64,000 bases of DNA. Source: an uncultured delta proteobacterium (GTDB lineage Bacteria; Myxococcota_A; Polyangia; Polyangiales; Polyangiaceae). The translations under genes were made by a program, and so were the position numbers. The stretch's first letter is position 1. Every line of letters starts with the position of its first letter. A model generated the notes under the pieces. The model ran no database searches and was not told the origin of the DNA. It was given only the letters and a program-made list of their open reading frames with translations. The DNA lies in NCBI GenBank assembly GCA_963850305.1, contig CAWKKR010000011.1, forward strand, positions 288,001 through 352,000, written 5' to 3'. Shown piece after piece: positions 46,147-56,686 of the stretch.

Positions 46147-48690
46147 CTAGTTCTCGAAGCGAGACGCGTGCGGGGTCATGGGCCGCGCGACGGCATAAAG
46201 GACGCTCTCGTCGTATCGATCGAGGGGCGAATTCTGGGTTTCGGCCCGGTTCACGAACGCCGGGTGGCGGGAGCCGCGATCGAGGCCCACGACGCGCGCA
46301 CAACCTTCCGAGATCAGGGTGGATGCCAGCGGATCGCTCGAGTCGTGTCTCCCGAGCGCGACGAGGACTCGTCCCGCGTCCGTAACGCACAGGGCGCCCC
46401 TTTCCCGGGTTCCGCCGCGGTCCGACGCACGTGGGTCGATGATGCCGCGGTCGGCGAGCAACGGTAGCTGTACCGCGTCTTCCCCAGCGACGAGCGCCGG
46501 ACGCTCGCCGGGCGAAAGGATGCGGGGCGCGCGACTCGGCGCGAGCACCACCGTGGCGTACGTCTGGCGAAGATCGAGCGACGCCTGGCCGTCGAAGACG
46601 AGTCCATATCGAAGTGCGTCGGTGGTGTGGCCGAGACCCACCGCGGCAACCACACGCCCTTCGAGCCCTGCCTCGAGACCGATCTTTTTCGGACGTGCCC
46701 CGGAGGCGCTCGGTTCGTCGGAACCGGCGCGAACCAGCCAGTCCACGCGACCCGGATCGAACGCGACGAGTTCGATCTCGAGCTCCCCGAGGCGACGGGT
46801 CGCCCGGAAAATGGACGGTATCCACGTCGGGGATGGCTGAGCGCCCTCGGATTTCTGCCAGTTCAGACCGGACGGATCCGACGGGTTCTGATTCCTTAGC
46901 ATCACATAAAAGAAGTCCTTGTCCGACCCGAGAACGTACCGACTCGGGTTGATGTTCATGCCGGAGTCCGCAAGGCGGTAGCTTCCGTTCTTCCAGTCCG
47001 TCGGGTTCGCGTGCATGAAGACGAAGCCGCAGTGGCGCGGGTTCATGTCGAGGTGTATGGCAAAGTCACATCCCGCCTGCTTGAGCGCTCGCGCGAGCCC
47101 ACTTCCGGAGATGTCTCGCCCCCACGCGTAATAGACATGACCGGCCGGTGTCAGGCACATCGCGGTGCGCTCGGTCAGCGAGCTCTCGCCCGCAACCTGC
47201 CAGCCCCAGATATGTCGCCCAGCCGGGTTCACGGCAGTGCCATCGACGAGCGGGTCGAGGTTCTGCCGGAAAGAAACGACCTCGCGCGGGACCTCGGCGG
47301 ACACAGGCCACGTGCCGAACCGGGCGTCACCGTCCCGCATGACCATCACGGTTGCCGCTCCGGGAACGGGCGGAAGCAGGATGCGACCATCCACCATCAT
47401 GCCGTACGCGCCGTGCTCGGCCTTGAACGCACCGTTGAACGCGGCGACGACGCGCGACATGATCGTGTTCCGCGGGATCCTGCCGGTTCCGGGCGGACCC
47501 ACCGCCGGCTGGGGCTCCTCGTAGCCCCCTTCCATGCCTAGCTCGAGCTGGCGCATGTCCATCGCGACGAGGAGCACCTCGGTGTAGGGGCGCTCCGGAT
47601 CCGGACGGATGAACGTCGTGAAGAAATACGGCGGCGGAGCCTTGCCGGACTCGGACGCGAGCGTCGGCAAGAAGGAGTATCGAACGGACGACCACTGGCC
47701 TTCACCCGCTTGAGGGGTCTCCCAGAGAGAGGGAATGGGCGGCGGTGGCCACCCCGTGTGGATCCCCACCTCTTCCGACGGTCGAAGGACGTACGCGACG
47801 GGAGGCGTGAGCCTCGGCTTCAGACGAGATCGGGAGCCGCCGACGAGAGCCGATGTCGCCCGCTGCCCGAGATCTCGCATCGCGAAGACCCTGTTTTCGA
47901 TCCACGCGACCGGTGTGGGGCCAATGAGATCGCGAACCCAATCGACCGCCCACGAGATCGTGCTGCGTCCGCGATAATCCGTTCGAGCGGATCGAAGAAT
48001 CCCCTGGCTCGCCTGATCGGCGCGTAACTCGGCCGTGTCCAAATCCATGGACGCGCTCGCCGTGGGATCAGTCGTCTCGATCGACAACCGTGAGGGCTCG
48101 AGCTGGAAGGTTGCGGCGCGCGCCGGCGAGTCGAGCGCCACTTCGGTCCGGCCGATGCCGGCGAGGGAACCGGTGCGCCGAAGCGACGTCAGGGCCAGGA
48201 GGGCGCGATCCGCGAGCGATGCCGGCCGATCGCCCGGCGTAACGCCGCGCAGGTCGAGCACGGTGATGCCCTGAACACGACCGAAGGCAGTCGTCGCAAA
48301 GACGGCATTCGGACCCTCGACCTCCAGACCCGATTCGTCCCCCAGGGGCGTATCGGTGAGGTTGCGCAGTCCGGCAGGCTCGATCGGCTGGCCTTCGGCG
48401 GAAAGGCGAACCCGGGCCCGGTAGAGATCGCGCGCCGACGAGCCTCGCCTCCTGGCGAGAAAAAGCACTCGGCGTCCGAGGAGCGCCTCGGCGACGATCC
48501 CTCTGCCCGGTTCCCATTTCACCTCGTTCGAGAGAACCGTTCCCTCTACGTATCCGCCGAGCATGCTCGCCAGGCCCTCGACGCTGCGCGGCGGCGGCGA
48601 AGGGCGCAATAAAGCGCCGACCGCGCCGCACAGCGCGGCGAGCGCGATGATGCGCGACCGTCTCCTGAGATACGCGATAAGTCGCGTCAT
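46147..48690 (-). CDS. Membrane-anchored protein with probable phosphodiester-glycosidase (NAGPA-like) domain(s)
   Basis: N-terminal TM; AAFNGAF, RQNL.PLV, ERTAMC and AIHLDMN; a second degenerate copy has ERGALC and LDRG. Confidence 0.55.
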   Translation of the reverse strand: MTRLIAYLRRRSRIIALAALCGAVGALLRPSPPPRSVEGLASMLGGYVEGTVLSNEVKWEPGRGIVAEALLGRRVLFLARRRGSSARDLYRARVRLSAEGQPIEPAGLRNLTDTPLGDESGLEVEGPNAVFATTAFGRVQGITVLDLRGVTPGDRPASLADRALLALTSLRRTGSLAGIGRTEVALDSPARAATFQLEPSRLSIETTDPTASASMDLDTAELRADQASQGILRSARTDYRGRSTISWAVDWVRDLIGPTPVAWIENRVFAMRDLGQRATSALVGGSRSRLKPRLTPPVAYVLRPSEEVGIHTGWPPPPIPSLWETPQAGEGQWSSVRYSFLPTLASESGKAPPPYFFTTFIRPDPERPYTEVLLVAMDMRQLELGMEGGYEEPQPAVGPPGTGRIPRNTIMSRVVAAFNGAFKAEHGAYGMMVDGRILLPPVPGAATVMVMRDGDARFGTWPVSAEVPREVVSFRQNLDPLVDGTAVNPAGRHIWGWQVAGESSLTERTAMCLTPAGHVYYAWGRDISGSGLARALKQAGCDFAIHLDMNPRHCGFVFMHANPTDWKNGSYRLADSGMNINPSRYVLGSDKDFFYVMLRNQNPSDPSGLNWQKSEGAQPSPTWIPSIFRATRRLGELEIELVAFDPGRVDWLVRAGSDEPSASGARPKKIGLEAGLEGRVVAAVGLGHTTDALRYGLVFDGQASLDLRQTYATVVLAPSRAPRILSPGERPALVAGEDAVQLPLLADRGIIDPRASDRGGTRERGALCVTDAGRVLVALGRHDSSDPLASTLISEGCARVVGLDRGSRHPAFVNRAETQNSPLDRYDESVLYAVARPMTPHASRFEN

Positions 48691-48820
48691 CGTAGAATTG
48701 GAGACGGCCTAATACGACAACGGATCCGAGCGCAAGCCGAGCAGCGAACCCGCGTCACGACGAGAACCTGCGTCCGCTCTTGTGAACTGCCGGCTCGGCT
48801 GTTACGAAACGAGGCCGCGC

Positions 48821-49639
48821 GTGGCGAATAGCAACCTTGCCGCTCGGCTCCTGACGGCCGCCGTCGTCGCCCCCGTGCTGCTCGGGACGCTCTTCTTCGG
48901 GCCGCCGATCGCCTGGTACGCCATCATCTTCGGAGCCTCGCTCGTCGGCGCGAGCGAGTTCTTCGGGATGACGCACCCGAACGATCGAATCGCGCGCATG
49001 ATCGGAATCGTTCAGACGGGCGCAGTCTCGGTGACGCTCTATTTCGGCAGCGGCGACGCCCGGGTCCTCGTCACGTTGCTCGCCGCGGTGACGATTTGCG
49101 GTGCGCTGGTGCCGCTGATTCGCCTCGGGCGCATCGAGGACGCGGCCCTTCGAGTCATGGCCGGCGTGACGGGTCCGCTCTATGTCGGGGGGCTCGTCAC
49201 GACGCTCGCCCTGCTTCGACGCGACCAGGGGGCTCTCGGCCCTCCGTATGTGCTCCTGACGCTGATGCTAGCCTGGCTAGGCGACACAGGTGGCTACTTC
49301 GCTGGTCGATTCCTGGGCAAGACGAAACTCTACGAGGCCGTAAGCCCCAAGAAAACCCGCGAAGGCTTCATCGGGTCGCTCGGCGGTTCCGCCTGTGGCG
49401 CGCTCCTCGCACATTTCTGGTACCTGCCTACGTTGCCCTTCGGGCGCGGCCTCTTGCTGGCGGTCTTGGGCGGTGCGCTCGGGCAGATGGGCGACCTCGT
49501 GGAGTCTCTTCTCAAGCGCTCGACGGGCATCAAGGACTCGGGATGGATCGTGCCGGGGCACGGCGGGATCCTGGATCGCATCGACGCGCTTTTGGTCGTG
49601 GGCCCGATCGTATATCTCTACACGATCTGGTGGCACTAG
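48821..49639 (+). CDS. cdsA: Phosphatidate cytidylyltransferase
   Basis: DTGGYFAG, SPKKTREG and GDLVESLLKR...KDSG..VPGHGGILDRID. Confidence 0.95.
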   Translation: MANSNLAARLLTAAVVAPVLLGTLFFGPPIAWYAIIFGASLVGASEFFGMTHPNDRIARMIGIVQTGAVSVTLYFGSGDARVLVTLLAAVTICGALVPLIRLGRIEDAALRVMAGVTGPLYVGGLVTTLALLRRDQGALGPPYVLLTLMLAWLGDTGGYFAGRFLGKTKLYEAVSPKKTREGFIGSLGGSACGALLAHFWYLPTLPFGRGLLLAVLGGALGQMGDLVESLLKRSTGIKDSGWIVPGHGGILDRIDALLVVGPIVYLYTIWWH

Positions 49640-49725
49640 GCGTCGAGAGCGCCACCCCGAACGACGCTTCGATATCGTCCGCGATCGGCTGGCCCCTTGG
49701 CCTCCGGACGTGTAGAACCGATCGT

Positions 49726-50992
49726 GTGAGCACCGACGGAAACGACTTTTTCGACGTAGTGCAGAGTCACCTGACCCGCGCCGCAGAGCTCGTCCGAGTT
49801 CCAAAGCACGTACACACGATCCTCGCTCAACCCAAGACGGAGATCATCGTTAACTTCCCCGTGAAGATGGACGACGGGCAGTATCGCCTGTTCAAGGGGT
49901 ACCGCATCCAGCACTCGAACATTCTCGGCCCCTACAAGGGCGGCCTCCGGTTCCACGAAGTGACGTCGCTCGACGAGCTGAAGGCGCTCGCCGCACTGAT
50001 GACGTGGAAGTGTTCGCTGATGGGGCTTCCTTTCGGAGGCGCAAAAGGAGGCATCAAATTCAATCCGAGAGAAACGTCGAAGGGTGAGCTCGAACGGATC
50101 ACACGTCGCTTCTTTCATGCGCTCGGGAGCAACGTGGGCCCCGACTACGACATCCCCGCCCCCGACGTCGGAACGAACGAGCAAGTCATGGCGTGGGCAA
50201 TGGACACGTACATGAACACCGTCGGTACGGTCAGCAAGCAAAACGCAATGGGCGTCGTCACGGGCAAGCCCGTCAACAGCGGCGGGACGCCCGGCCGCTC
50301 GAAGGCGACGGGACAAGGACTAGTTCACTGCATCCGCGAATGGGCGGACCGGAACGACTTCGATCTGCAGGGCAAGAAGCTCATCGTCCAGGGGTACGGC
50401 AACGTCGGGTCGAACCTGGCTGTTCTCCTCGGGCAGCTGGGCGTTTCTCTGGTCGCGGTCGGCGACCACTCCGGGTATCTCTACAACCCGGAGGGGTTCA
50501 ACGAGCACCGCCTCCAGCAGTTCGTCCAGGAACAGGGCAGCATTTCGGGGTACCCGAACGCCGTCGAAGATCACGCGCGAAGAGTTCTTCGGGACCGAGG
50601 CCGACATCTTCGTCCCGGCGGCACTCGAGAACCAGCTGGGAGAAAAGGAAGCGAGTCTCCTCAAGGTGCGCCTCGTGGCCGAGGGAGCGAACGGCCCGAC
50701 CACCCCCGACGGCGACCGGGTGCTCGCGGAACGACGGATCTTCGTGATCCCGGACGTTCTCGCGAATGCGGGCGGCGTCACCGTCAGTTATTACGAATGG
50801 GTCCAGAATCGACGGAGCGAAAAGTGGACGCTCGAAGAAGTAGAGGGCCGTCTCGAAAACGCGATGCGACATACCTATCAGCGCGTGACGGACTTCGCCG
50901 AGAAGCACGACGCGGATCTCCGGACGGCGTGCTACGCGGTCGCACTCGAACGCCTTGCGCAGACGTACCTCGAGCGCGGCATCTTCCCCTGA
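49726..50992 (+). CDS. gdhA: Glu/Leu/Phe/Val dehydrogenase (glutamate dehydrogenase), +1 frameshift at about 50567
   Basis: GPYKGGLRFH, MTWK, GGAKGG, DIPAPD, TGKP, QGYGNVG; after the shift, VPAALEN, EGANGP, PDVLANAGGV.VSYYEW. Confidence 0.9.
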
Positions 50993-51160
50993 AGACCGCG
51001 TGGCGCTGGTCTCTGACGGGGGCTGGGTAAGCCGTGTGCGACCGACCGGATCGGCCAAAATCGTGAGTCCTCGGCCCCAATCTGCTTGCGCCGGACGTTG
51101 ACCGGTGGGTATAGCGAGGTCGGTTTGCGGACCCGGACCCCGCAGCCAAGGAGGCCGTTC

Positions 51161-51415
51161 GTGAAGGAACTCGTTCGCTATCTGCTCGACAACCTATATA
51201 TAGATTTCCAGGGTGAGATCTCGGTCGAGAAGGTCCGCGAGTTCCTCCGGGAGGACGACACGCGCGAGGCGCGACGTCTCCTCGCCAAGATCATCGAGGA
51301 GAAGGGGGTCGATGACCTCCTCATCACCCTCGCGGACTGCCTGAAAGATCATGTTCGGACCGGCATCACGGATGACAAGGTCCGTGAACAGCTCCAGCTC
51401 TACTCGGACAGCTGA
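51161..51415 (+). CDS. Small acidic helical hypothetical protein
   Basis: GGAGG RBS before GTG; strongly GC3-biased codons. Confidence 0.7.
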   Translation: MKELVRYLLDNLYIDFQGEISVEKVREFLREDDTREARRLLAKIIEEKGVDDLLITLADCLKDHVRTGITDDKVREQLQLYSDS

Positions 51416-51659
51416 CCAGTTGACCCGGGCGCTCCGAGGCCGCTGACCCGCGTGCGGCCAGGCACTGCCGCTGCGTGCGTGCGAAAAGGGGCTTGAAGCT
51501 TGCGCGAGGGCTCCCGGACGTTGTCGCCGTGCGGGCGTCCCTGCGAGTGCCGGGTCGAGCTCGCTCGGTCCGGGTTGCCGCGTGGGAACTTACCGAAAGC
51601 GCGGACGATATGCCATCTGAGTTGACTTATATGGAAAGTCAGCGCCTATTCATGGGGCA

Positions 51660-54600
51660 ATGCGACCTCTCGGACCGCCATCTGAGTTGTCGCCTGGCCG
51701 CTTTCGCTTCAAGATCGACGCGAAGATCGGTCAAGGCGCGAGCGCGACGGTCTTTCGAGCAACGGATGTGGACTCGAACGCTCCGGTGGCGATCAAGGTC
51801 GGGCTCGACGAGAACGAAGCCGCGCGACTTGCGGAGGAGGCCGCACTCATTGCGCTGTCAGACGCCCCGGGCGTGGCATCCGTGGCGGACGCCGGACGCA
51901 TCCCCACCGGCGTGCCCGACATCGAAGCAGGGCGTCCCTACCTGGCTCTCGAGTGGGTGGATGGAGCTCCGCTGAATGCCCGCGCGCTGGAGTCCGCTAG
52001 CCGCGAACGGCGGGCGTTGCGCGTCGCGACCGACATTGGCCGAGCTCTCGCTGCCCTTCACTCCAGCGGCGTCAGCCACGGAGACGTGAAGCCTCCGAAT
52101 GTCGTCGTCGGATACGATGCACGTTCGCGCGCGACGTTGATCGATCTCGGACTTGGAGCTCCGACGCGCGACGCGACCCCCGTGGGGGGCACCTTACGTT
52201 ATCTCGCGCCGGAGAGCTTCGACGCTGCCGGGAGCGATGGGCGGACCCGCGACCTCTGGGCGCTGGGGGTCCTCTTGGCGGAAGTCGGGAGCGCCGACGT
52301 GGCGGAGGCAGCGGATATCCACGCGGCCCTTCCGCTGCGGAAGCTCTCGCCGAATCTCGAGGCCATCGTGGGTCCACTGCTCTCTCAATCTCCCGCGGCG
52401 CGGCCGTCCGCCGAGTGGGTCACGCGCATCGCTCGAGACTTCCTGGGTGAAGAACAAGACGAAGCCGAGCTGCGAGATGAACGAACCCGCGCAGTGCGCC
52501 GAACTTACCTGGCCGTGCGTCGCGCGGAGCTCTTCGAAGCGTCGACGGCCGAGCTGCGAGTCGAGGGAGCGCCAGGTGAATGGCTTGCGTCCGCGGTAGC
52601 GTTGATCGCGAGGCTCGAAGCGCTTCGCGGGAGAGCGCCGTCCCCGCGGCGCGTCGTCCTGCACGATCTGGATTCGCTCGGACGGGCCCGATGGTTGACG
52701 GCACTCGTTGGTTCGACCGCCGCGCACTGGCCGGTCGTCGGAAATGGCTCGGATGCCGAGATCGCCGAGAGGCTCCTTCGCGCGGCCCGGCAGATGGACC
52801 CGAGAAGCATCACCCTCGGGCTACTCGAGACCGGGACGGAACCAGGCGAGACCACGCCCACGGATCCGGTCGCTCTCGCCATCGCGCTCGGACGGCGCGC
52901 CCCGGCGCCAGCGATCCTGGACTCTGCCGAGCGCATCGTCCTGCACGACGGATCACAGCTCGCTCTGGCCCTCGCACTCGGGCGAGCGTTGCGACTTCGT
53001 GGCGAGGTAGGTCGCGCGTTGACCGTGCTCACGCGGGTGGACGCGCCCGAAGCGCGCGCGGAGCTTGCCGAATGCGCGCGACGCGTCGGCGACTACCGGC
53101 GAGCCGAGTCTACCCTCCGTGAGTTGAAGATCATACCGATGACACCTCGGGTGCGGGCGCAGGCCGCAGCCACGGAGGCACGCATCGCGCTGGACGCCGG
53201 GCGACTGGATCTGGCAACATCACTGGTCGATTCCGTTGCGGCTACGCCGGGGGTGCTCGAGGTGACGGCACTGATCGAACTGAAGCGCGGCAACCTCGGC
53301 GGCGCCCGGTTCGCTACCGAGCGAGCACGCGTCGCGGCCGAGACGGACGAGGAGCGTGCCCGTGCCGAGGCGATTGCCGGGAATGTTGCGCACGCGGCCG
53401 GGGACGCGGCTCACGCGCTTGACGCGTTCCGGCTCGCCGTAGATCACGCGACGCGAGCCGGCGCCACACTCGAAGAGGCGACGTACCTTACCGGAGTGGC
53501 CGCGGCCGGCTTCGACGCGGGCTCGCTCGGCGAGGCGCTGGAAGCCGCGACGCGTGCGACGCTCCTTTTCGAACATCTCGGACGCACTGCCGAGGCCGGT
53601 CGCTGCCTGCTTTCCCGCGCGGCCGTCTTCGCGGCCGCAGGCTCGGCAGAGCTTGCACGCGACGCTGCGCGGGAAGCGCTCGCTCGCGCGACGATTGCTG
53701 GCGACACCCGATGTTCCGCCTTCGCATACCTGACGCTCGCAGACGCGGCCGGAGCGGACGCGACGGAGGGCATCGAACACGCTCGTCGCGCAGCGGAGCT
53801 CCTCGCCGGCGGGGATGCGGGAGACGTCCTGCGCGCCGCAGCTCGACGACTATCGTGCGGCGACGATGTTCCGATCACATCCTTCGATCGGATCGCGGAA
53901 GATCCAGAGACCTCGGCACCCGCTCGCCTCGAATGGTGGAGTGCGCGCGCGGACGTCCTGCTGCGAGCACGGTCGGCGGAACGACCGGATCTAGTGCTCG
54001 GCGCGCTCGCGAGACTGGCGGGGGTTCCCGCACCGATGAGCACCAGGGGAGAAGCGTTTTCACGGGCCGCGACGCTCGCCGCTCGCGCGGGCGACGGCGA
54101 CGCGGTGCGGAGATTTGCAATTGCGACCGCCGAGGCGGCCCGCGCGATGCTGCGCGGTGCACCGAGCGAGCTCAGAACGGCCATCTCGGCGCTGCCGTGG
54201 GCAAACAAGATGCTCTCTCCGCGGGAAACCGCGGTCCTGCCGGAACAGATCGCGGACGTCGAGTCGCTCGTGCACGCTCTCGGTGCACGCGATCGGCTTC
54301 GCTCACTGCTCGACCAGATCCTCGACGCCCTCGTGCTCTGGACCGGTGTGGAGCGCGGGCTGCTGCTCCTTCGCGCCCCGGGTGACCGGCTCGTGCCTCG
54401 GGCCGCCCGCAACATCGCGCGAGAGGATCTCTCGGGGACGCAGCTGGCGCTGAGTCGCTCTCTCGCTGAGCGCGCGCTCCGGACGGGAGATCCCGTGGTC
54501 GCCGTCGACGCGACGGGCGAGCTTTCCGAGGTGCACGATAGCGTGCACGCGCTCAAACTCAGGAGCGTGCTCGCGGTGCCGCTCTTCGCTCGCGGTCAGG

Positions 54601-55814
54601 CGCTCGGGGTGGTCTACCTCGATGATCGGATCCGGCGCGGTGCGTTCGGTCCGAGCGAGCTCGCGTGGGTTCGTCTCGTCGCCGCGCTCGCCGCAGTCGC
54701 CATCGCCGATGCTCGGAGAACGCTCGAATTACGCCGCGCCGCGCGCCGTGCACGTCGAGCGGAGGCTCGCGCGAGCATCCTCTTGGCGCAGCGCGAAGCA
54801 GAGCTCGACGTCACCGCGCGCGAGCTCGCGCGCATCCGCGAGGAGCGCGCCACGCGGTATGTCTACGACGACATCATCGGTGAGAGCGAGGTGATGAAGA
54901 ATTTGCTCGCGCTGGTGGACCGGGTCACGCCCACGGAGGTACCAGTTCTCATCGCGGGCGAATCCGGGAGCGGGAAAGAACTCGTGGCCCGGGCGATCCA
55001 CGAGAACGGTCCTCGGAGCGAAGGACCGTTCGTGACGGAAAACTGCGGGGCGATCCCCGAAGGCCTGCTGGAGTCGACGCTCTTCGGACACGTGCGGGGA
55101 GCATTCACCGGAGCGAACCGCCCGCACGCCGGACTGTTCGAGATCGCCAGCGGTGGAACCCTCTTCCTAGACGAGATCGGTGAGATGACTCTCGGCATGC
55201 AAACGAAGCTCCTGCGAGTCCTCGAAGACGGCGAGGTGCGACCCGTGGGATCGGAGCGGACCCGCTCGGTGAACGTCCGCATCATCGCTGCAAGCCACCG
55301 GGACCTCGCGGCGATGATCGACGCGGGTGAGTTCCGGCGGGACTTGTTTTACCGGTTGAACGTGATCCGGGTGGACGTGCCGCCGCTTCGGGCGCGCCCT
55401 CGCGACATCGATCTCCTGGTACGGCATTTCGTCTCCAAGCACGCCGGCAAGCGACGCGTCCGGGTTTCACGCGCGGCCCTCGATGCGCTCTCCTCGTTCG
55501 CGTGGCCAGGCAACGTGCGACAGCTGGAGAACGAAGTCCGTCGAGCCCTGGTCTTGGCGGACGAGACGATCACGCCGGAGCATCTGTCCGAGGAGATCCA
55601 GCGGGCGGGCACCTCGGAGACCGAGCGAAGCGACGGGCTCAACGTGCGTCGAAGGCTGGACGCGCTCGAAGCTGATCTGGTCCGGACGGCGCTCGAGCGA
55701 ACGGCGGGCAACCAAACACGCGCCGCCGAGCTGCTCGGACTTTCGCGTTTCGGACTCCAAAAAATGATCCGGCGGCTCGGAATCGACGTACTCTCTGCGT
55801 CGGGACAAGCTTGA
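51660..55814 (+). CDS. Ser/Thr kinase - helical (TPR-like) - GAF - sigma54 AAA+ - Fis-HTH fusion activator
   Basis: IGQGASATV, VAIK, HGDVKPPN, DLG, APE, DLWALG; GAF (RSVLAVPL..GVVYLD); GESGSGKE, GAFTGA, FLDEIG, WPGNVRQL, GNQTRAAELLG. Confidence 0.92.
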   Translation: MRPLGPPSELSPGRFRFKIDAKIGQGASATVFRATDVDSNAPVAIKVGLDENEAARLAEEAALIALSDAPGVASVADAGRIPTGVPDIEAGRPYLALEWVDGAPLNARALESASRERRALRVATDIGRALAALHSSGVSHGDVKPPNVVVGYDARSRATLIDLGLGAPTRDATPVGGTLRYLAPESFDAAGSDGRTRDLWALGVLLAEVGSADVAEAADIHAALPLRKLSPNLEAIVGPLLSQSPAARPSAEWVTRIARDFLGEEQDEAELRDERTRAVRRTYLAVRRAELFEASTAELRVEGAPGEWLASAVALIARLEALRGRAPSPRRVVLHDLDSLGRARWLTALVGSTAAHWPVVGNGSDAEIAERLLRAARQMDPRSITLGLLETGTEPGETTPTDPVALAIALGRRAPAPAILDSAERIVLHDGSQLALALALGRALRLRGEVGRALTVLTRVDAPEARAELAECARRVGDYRRAESTLRELKIIPMTPRVRAQAAATEARIALDAGRLDLATSLVDSVAATPGVLEVTALIELKRGNLGGARFATERARVAAETDEERARAEAIAGNVAHAAGDAAHALDAFRLAVDHATRAGATLEEATYLTGVAAAGFDAGSLGEALEAATRATLLFEHLGRTAEAGRCLLSRAAVFAAAGSAELARDAAREALARATIAGDTRCSAFAYLTLADAAGADATEGIEHARRAAELLAGGDAGDVLRAAARRLSCGDDVPITSFDRIAEDPETSAPARLEWWSARADVLLRARSAERPDLVLGALARLAGVPAPMSTRGEAFSRAATLAARAGDGDAVRRFAIATAEAARAMLRGAPSELRTAISALPWANKMLSPRETAVLPEQIADVESLVHALGARDRLRSLLDQILDALVLWTGVERGLLLLRAPGDRLVPRAARNIAREDLSGTQLALSRSLAERALRTGDPVVAVDATGELSEVHDSVHALKLRSVLAVPLFARGQALGVVYLDDRIRRGAFGPSELAWVRLVAALAAVAIADARRTLELRRAARRARRAEARASILLAQREAELDVTARELARIREERATRYVYDDIIGESEVMKNLLALVDRVTPTEVPVLIAGESGSGKELVARAIHENGPRSEGPFVTENCGAIPEGLLESTLFGHVRGAFTGANRPHAGLFEIASGGTLFLDEIGEMTLGMQTKLLRVLEDGEVRPVGSERTRSVNVRIIAASHRDLAAMIDAGEFRRDLFYRLNVIRVDVPPLRARPRDIDLLVRHFVSKHAGKRRVRVSRAALDALSSFAWPGNVRQLENEVRRALVLADETITPEHLSEEIQRAGTSETERSDGLNVRRRLDALEADLVRTALERTAGNQTRAAELLGLSRFGLQKMIRRLGIDVLSASGQA

Positions 55815-56686
55815 GCAAATCGTCGCCCCGCGATGCCGATTCACGCGACCGCGCGCCGACGGCGGTAAGACCGGTGCTCAAATGGGCCGGCGGTAAGTCT
55901 CGTTCCTTACCGAGGATCCTCGCCGAGCTGCCGGAGCGGATCGGCACCTTTTACGAGCCCTTCGTCGGAGGCGCCGCCGTGTTCTTCGCGCTGGCCAGCG
56001 AGGGTCGCTTCCGTCGTGCCGTGCTCGGCGACCGAAACGAGGCGTTGATCGACGTGTATCGCGGCGTGAAGAACGATCCCGAAGGCGTAATCCGGATCCT
56101 CAGGGGGTATCGTTATGAAAAGGACGAATACTACCGGATCCGTGCGCTCGATCCGGAGACGCTGGAACCCGAGGCGAGAGCGGCGCGGATCATTTTTCTG
56201 AACAAGACCGGGTACAACGGCCTCTATCGAGTCAACAGCCGCGGTCAGTTCAACGTCCCGTTCGGCCGCTACGACAGGGTGCCAAAATTCTGCGATCCGG
56301 ACAAGATTCGCGGCGCGGCGCGCGTGCTCAAGAACGTGAAGCTCAGGGTCGGCGACTTCGCGACCGTCTGTCACGAGGCGGGTCGCGGGGACGCCGTATA
56401 CTTCGATCCCCCGTACGATCCGATCTCGAAGACCGCGAACTTCACGTCCTATCACAGGGAAGAATTCGGCCGCGTCGAGCACACGCGACTGGCCGATGTC
56501 TTCGGTGGGCTCGCGGCGCGCGGTGTTTCGGTCGTGTTGTCCAATTCGGACACTCCGTTCACGAGATCCCTGTTCAAGAAGTGGACGACGCACAAACTCG
56601 AGGTGACACGGCCCATCAACTCGCGCGCCGCCGCTCGTGGCGCCGTCAGCGAACTCCTCGTCGTCAGCGGTAAGCAATATCGATGA
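55811..56686 (+). CDS. dam: Dam-family (D12 class) DNA adenine methyltransferase
   Basis: LKWAGGK, EPFVGGAAV, GYNGLYRVN..GQFNVPFGRY, DPPY and LSN. Confidence 0.92.
   Translation: MSKSSPRDADSRDRAPTAVRPVLKWAGGKSRSLPRILAELPERIGTFYEPFVGGAAVFFALASEGRFRRAVLGDRNEALIDVYRGVKNDPEGVIRILRGYRYEKDEYYRIRALDPETLEPEARAARIIFLNKTGYNGLYRVNSRGQFNVPFGRYDRVPKFCDPDKIRGAARVLKNVKLRVGDFATVCHEAGRGDAVYFDPPYDPISKTANFTSYHREEFGRVEHTRLADVFGGLAARGVSVVLSNSDTPFTRSLFKKWTTHKLEVTRPINSRAAARGAVSELLVVSGKQYR

Noticed and set aside
49096..51030. 644-aa ORF as a novel fusion
   Set aside because: It combines an off-frame read of cdsA, the N-part of gdhA and post-frameshift junk.
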